Source of the DNA: Ophelia neglecta
Taxonomy: Eukaryota
Length of the DNA stretch: 64,000 nucleotides
Direction of reading: 5' to 3'
Assembly (NCBI GenBank): GCA_965285935.1
Contig: OZ260666.1
Span: 11,036,001-11,100,000, forward strand
Below are positions 63,774 to 64,000 of the stretch, in pieces. The notes under the pieces are model-generated. The model did no database searches and was not told the DNA's origin. It was given only the letters and a program-made list of their open reading frames with translations. The stretch's first letter is position 1. Every line of letters starts with the position of its first letter. The position numbers and the translations under genes were made by a program.

Positions 63774-64000
63774 CTTGGAATGTATGGGTACGGGAAAATT
63801 AACTTGAACTAGGACAAACATATGTGCGTAATTTATGACTGGGAGAAATTTCTGGTTGGAAAACCAGCCTTAGACGTTTTTTAGCCGACTGGGCGACCAA
63901 TGAACGGTTATGTTCTACCCTGTTCCTCTTTTTATGAGGCGACGAGAGCATGAAGTCGGGGATGAGGTCTAGCAACTTAAGAGTAAAATCGCACTATATT

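Overview
AT-rich eukaryotic (metazoan, probably marine invertebrate; taxon is inference) genomic DNA with three short assembly gaps. Most short ORFs in the track are noise. Manual GT/AG splice-site tracing on the minus strand shows a tandem cluster of divergent single-pass immunoglobulin-superfamily receptor genes. Their N-terminal V-like domain has Trp where the B-strand Cys should be, the signature reported for Hydractinia Alr allorecognition proteins. Gene A (about 26.1-16.0 kb, possibly to 12.4 kb) has signal, V, Ig2, stalk and TM exons, then at least 7 small frame-preserving phase-1 exons carrying duplicated signalling motifs (EPIYA-like, YxN, ITAM-like). Gene B (about 54.9-47.6 kb) has a Cys-less V-like domain, a beta-sandwich domain, TM and linker exons, and a phase-compatible cytoplasmic ankyrin-repeat exon; its TM/linker segment is tandemly triplicated. 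Gene C (63.8-62.1 kb, 5' end beyond the window) is a paralogue of A, about 38% identical in the V domain. The rest is transposon-rich: L2, CR1 (one with a 2A-like DIELNPGP motif and a 14-bp TSD), RTE/RTEX-like LINEs with apparently very long target duplications (179 bp and 67 bp), MITEs, probable solo LTRs and a minisatellite. All gene models are by-eye predictions without transcript support.
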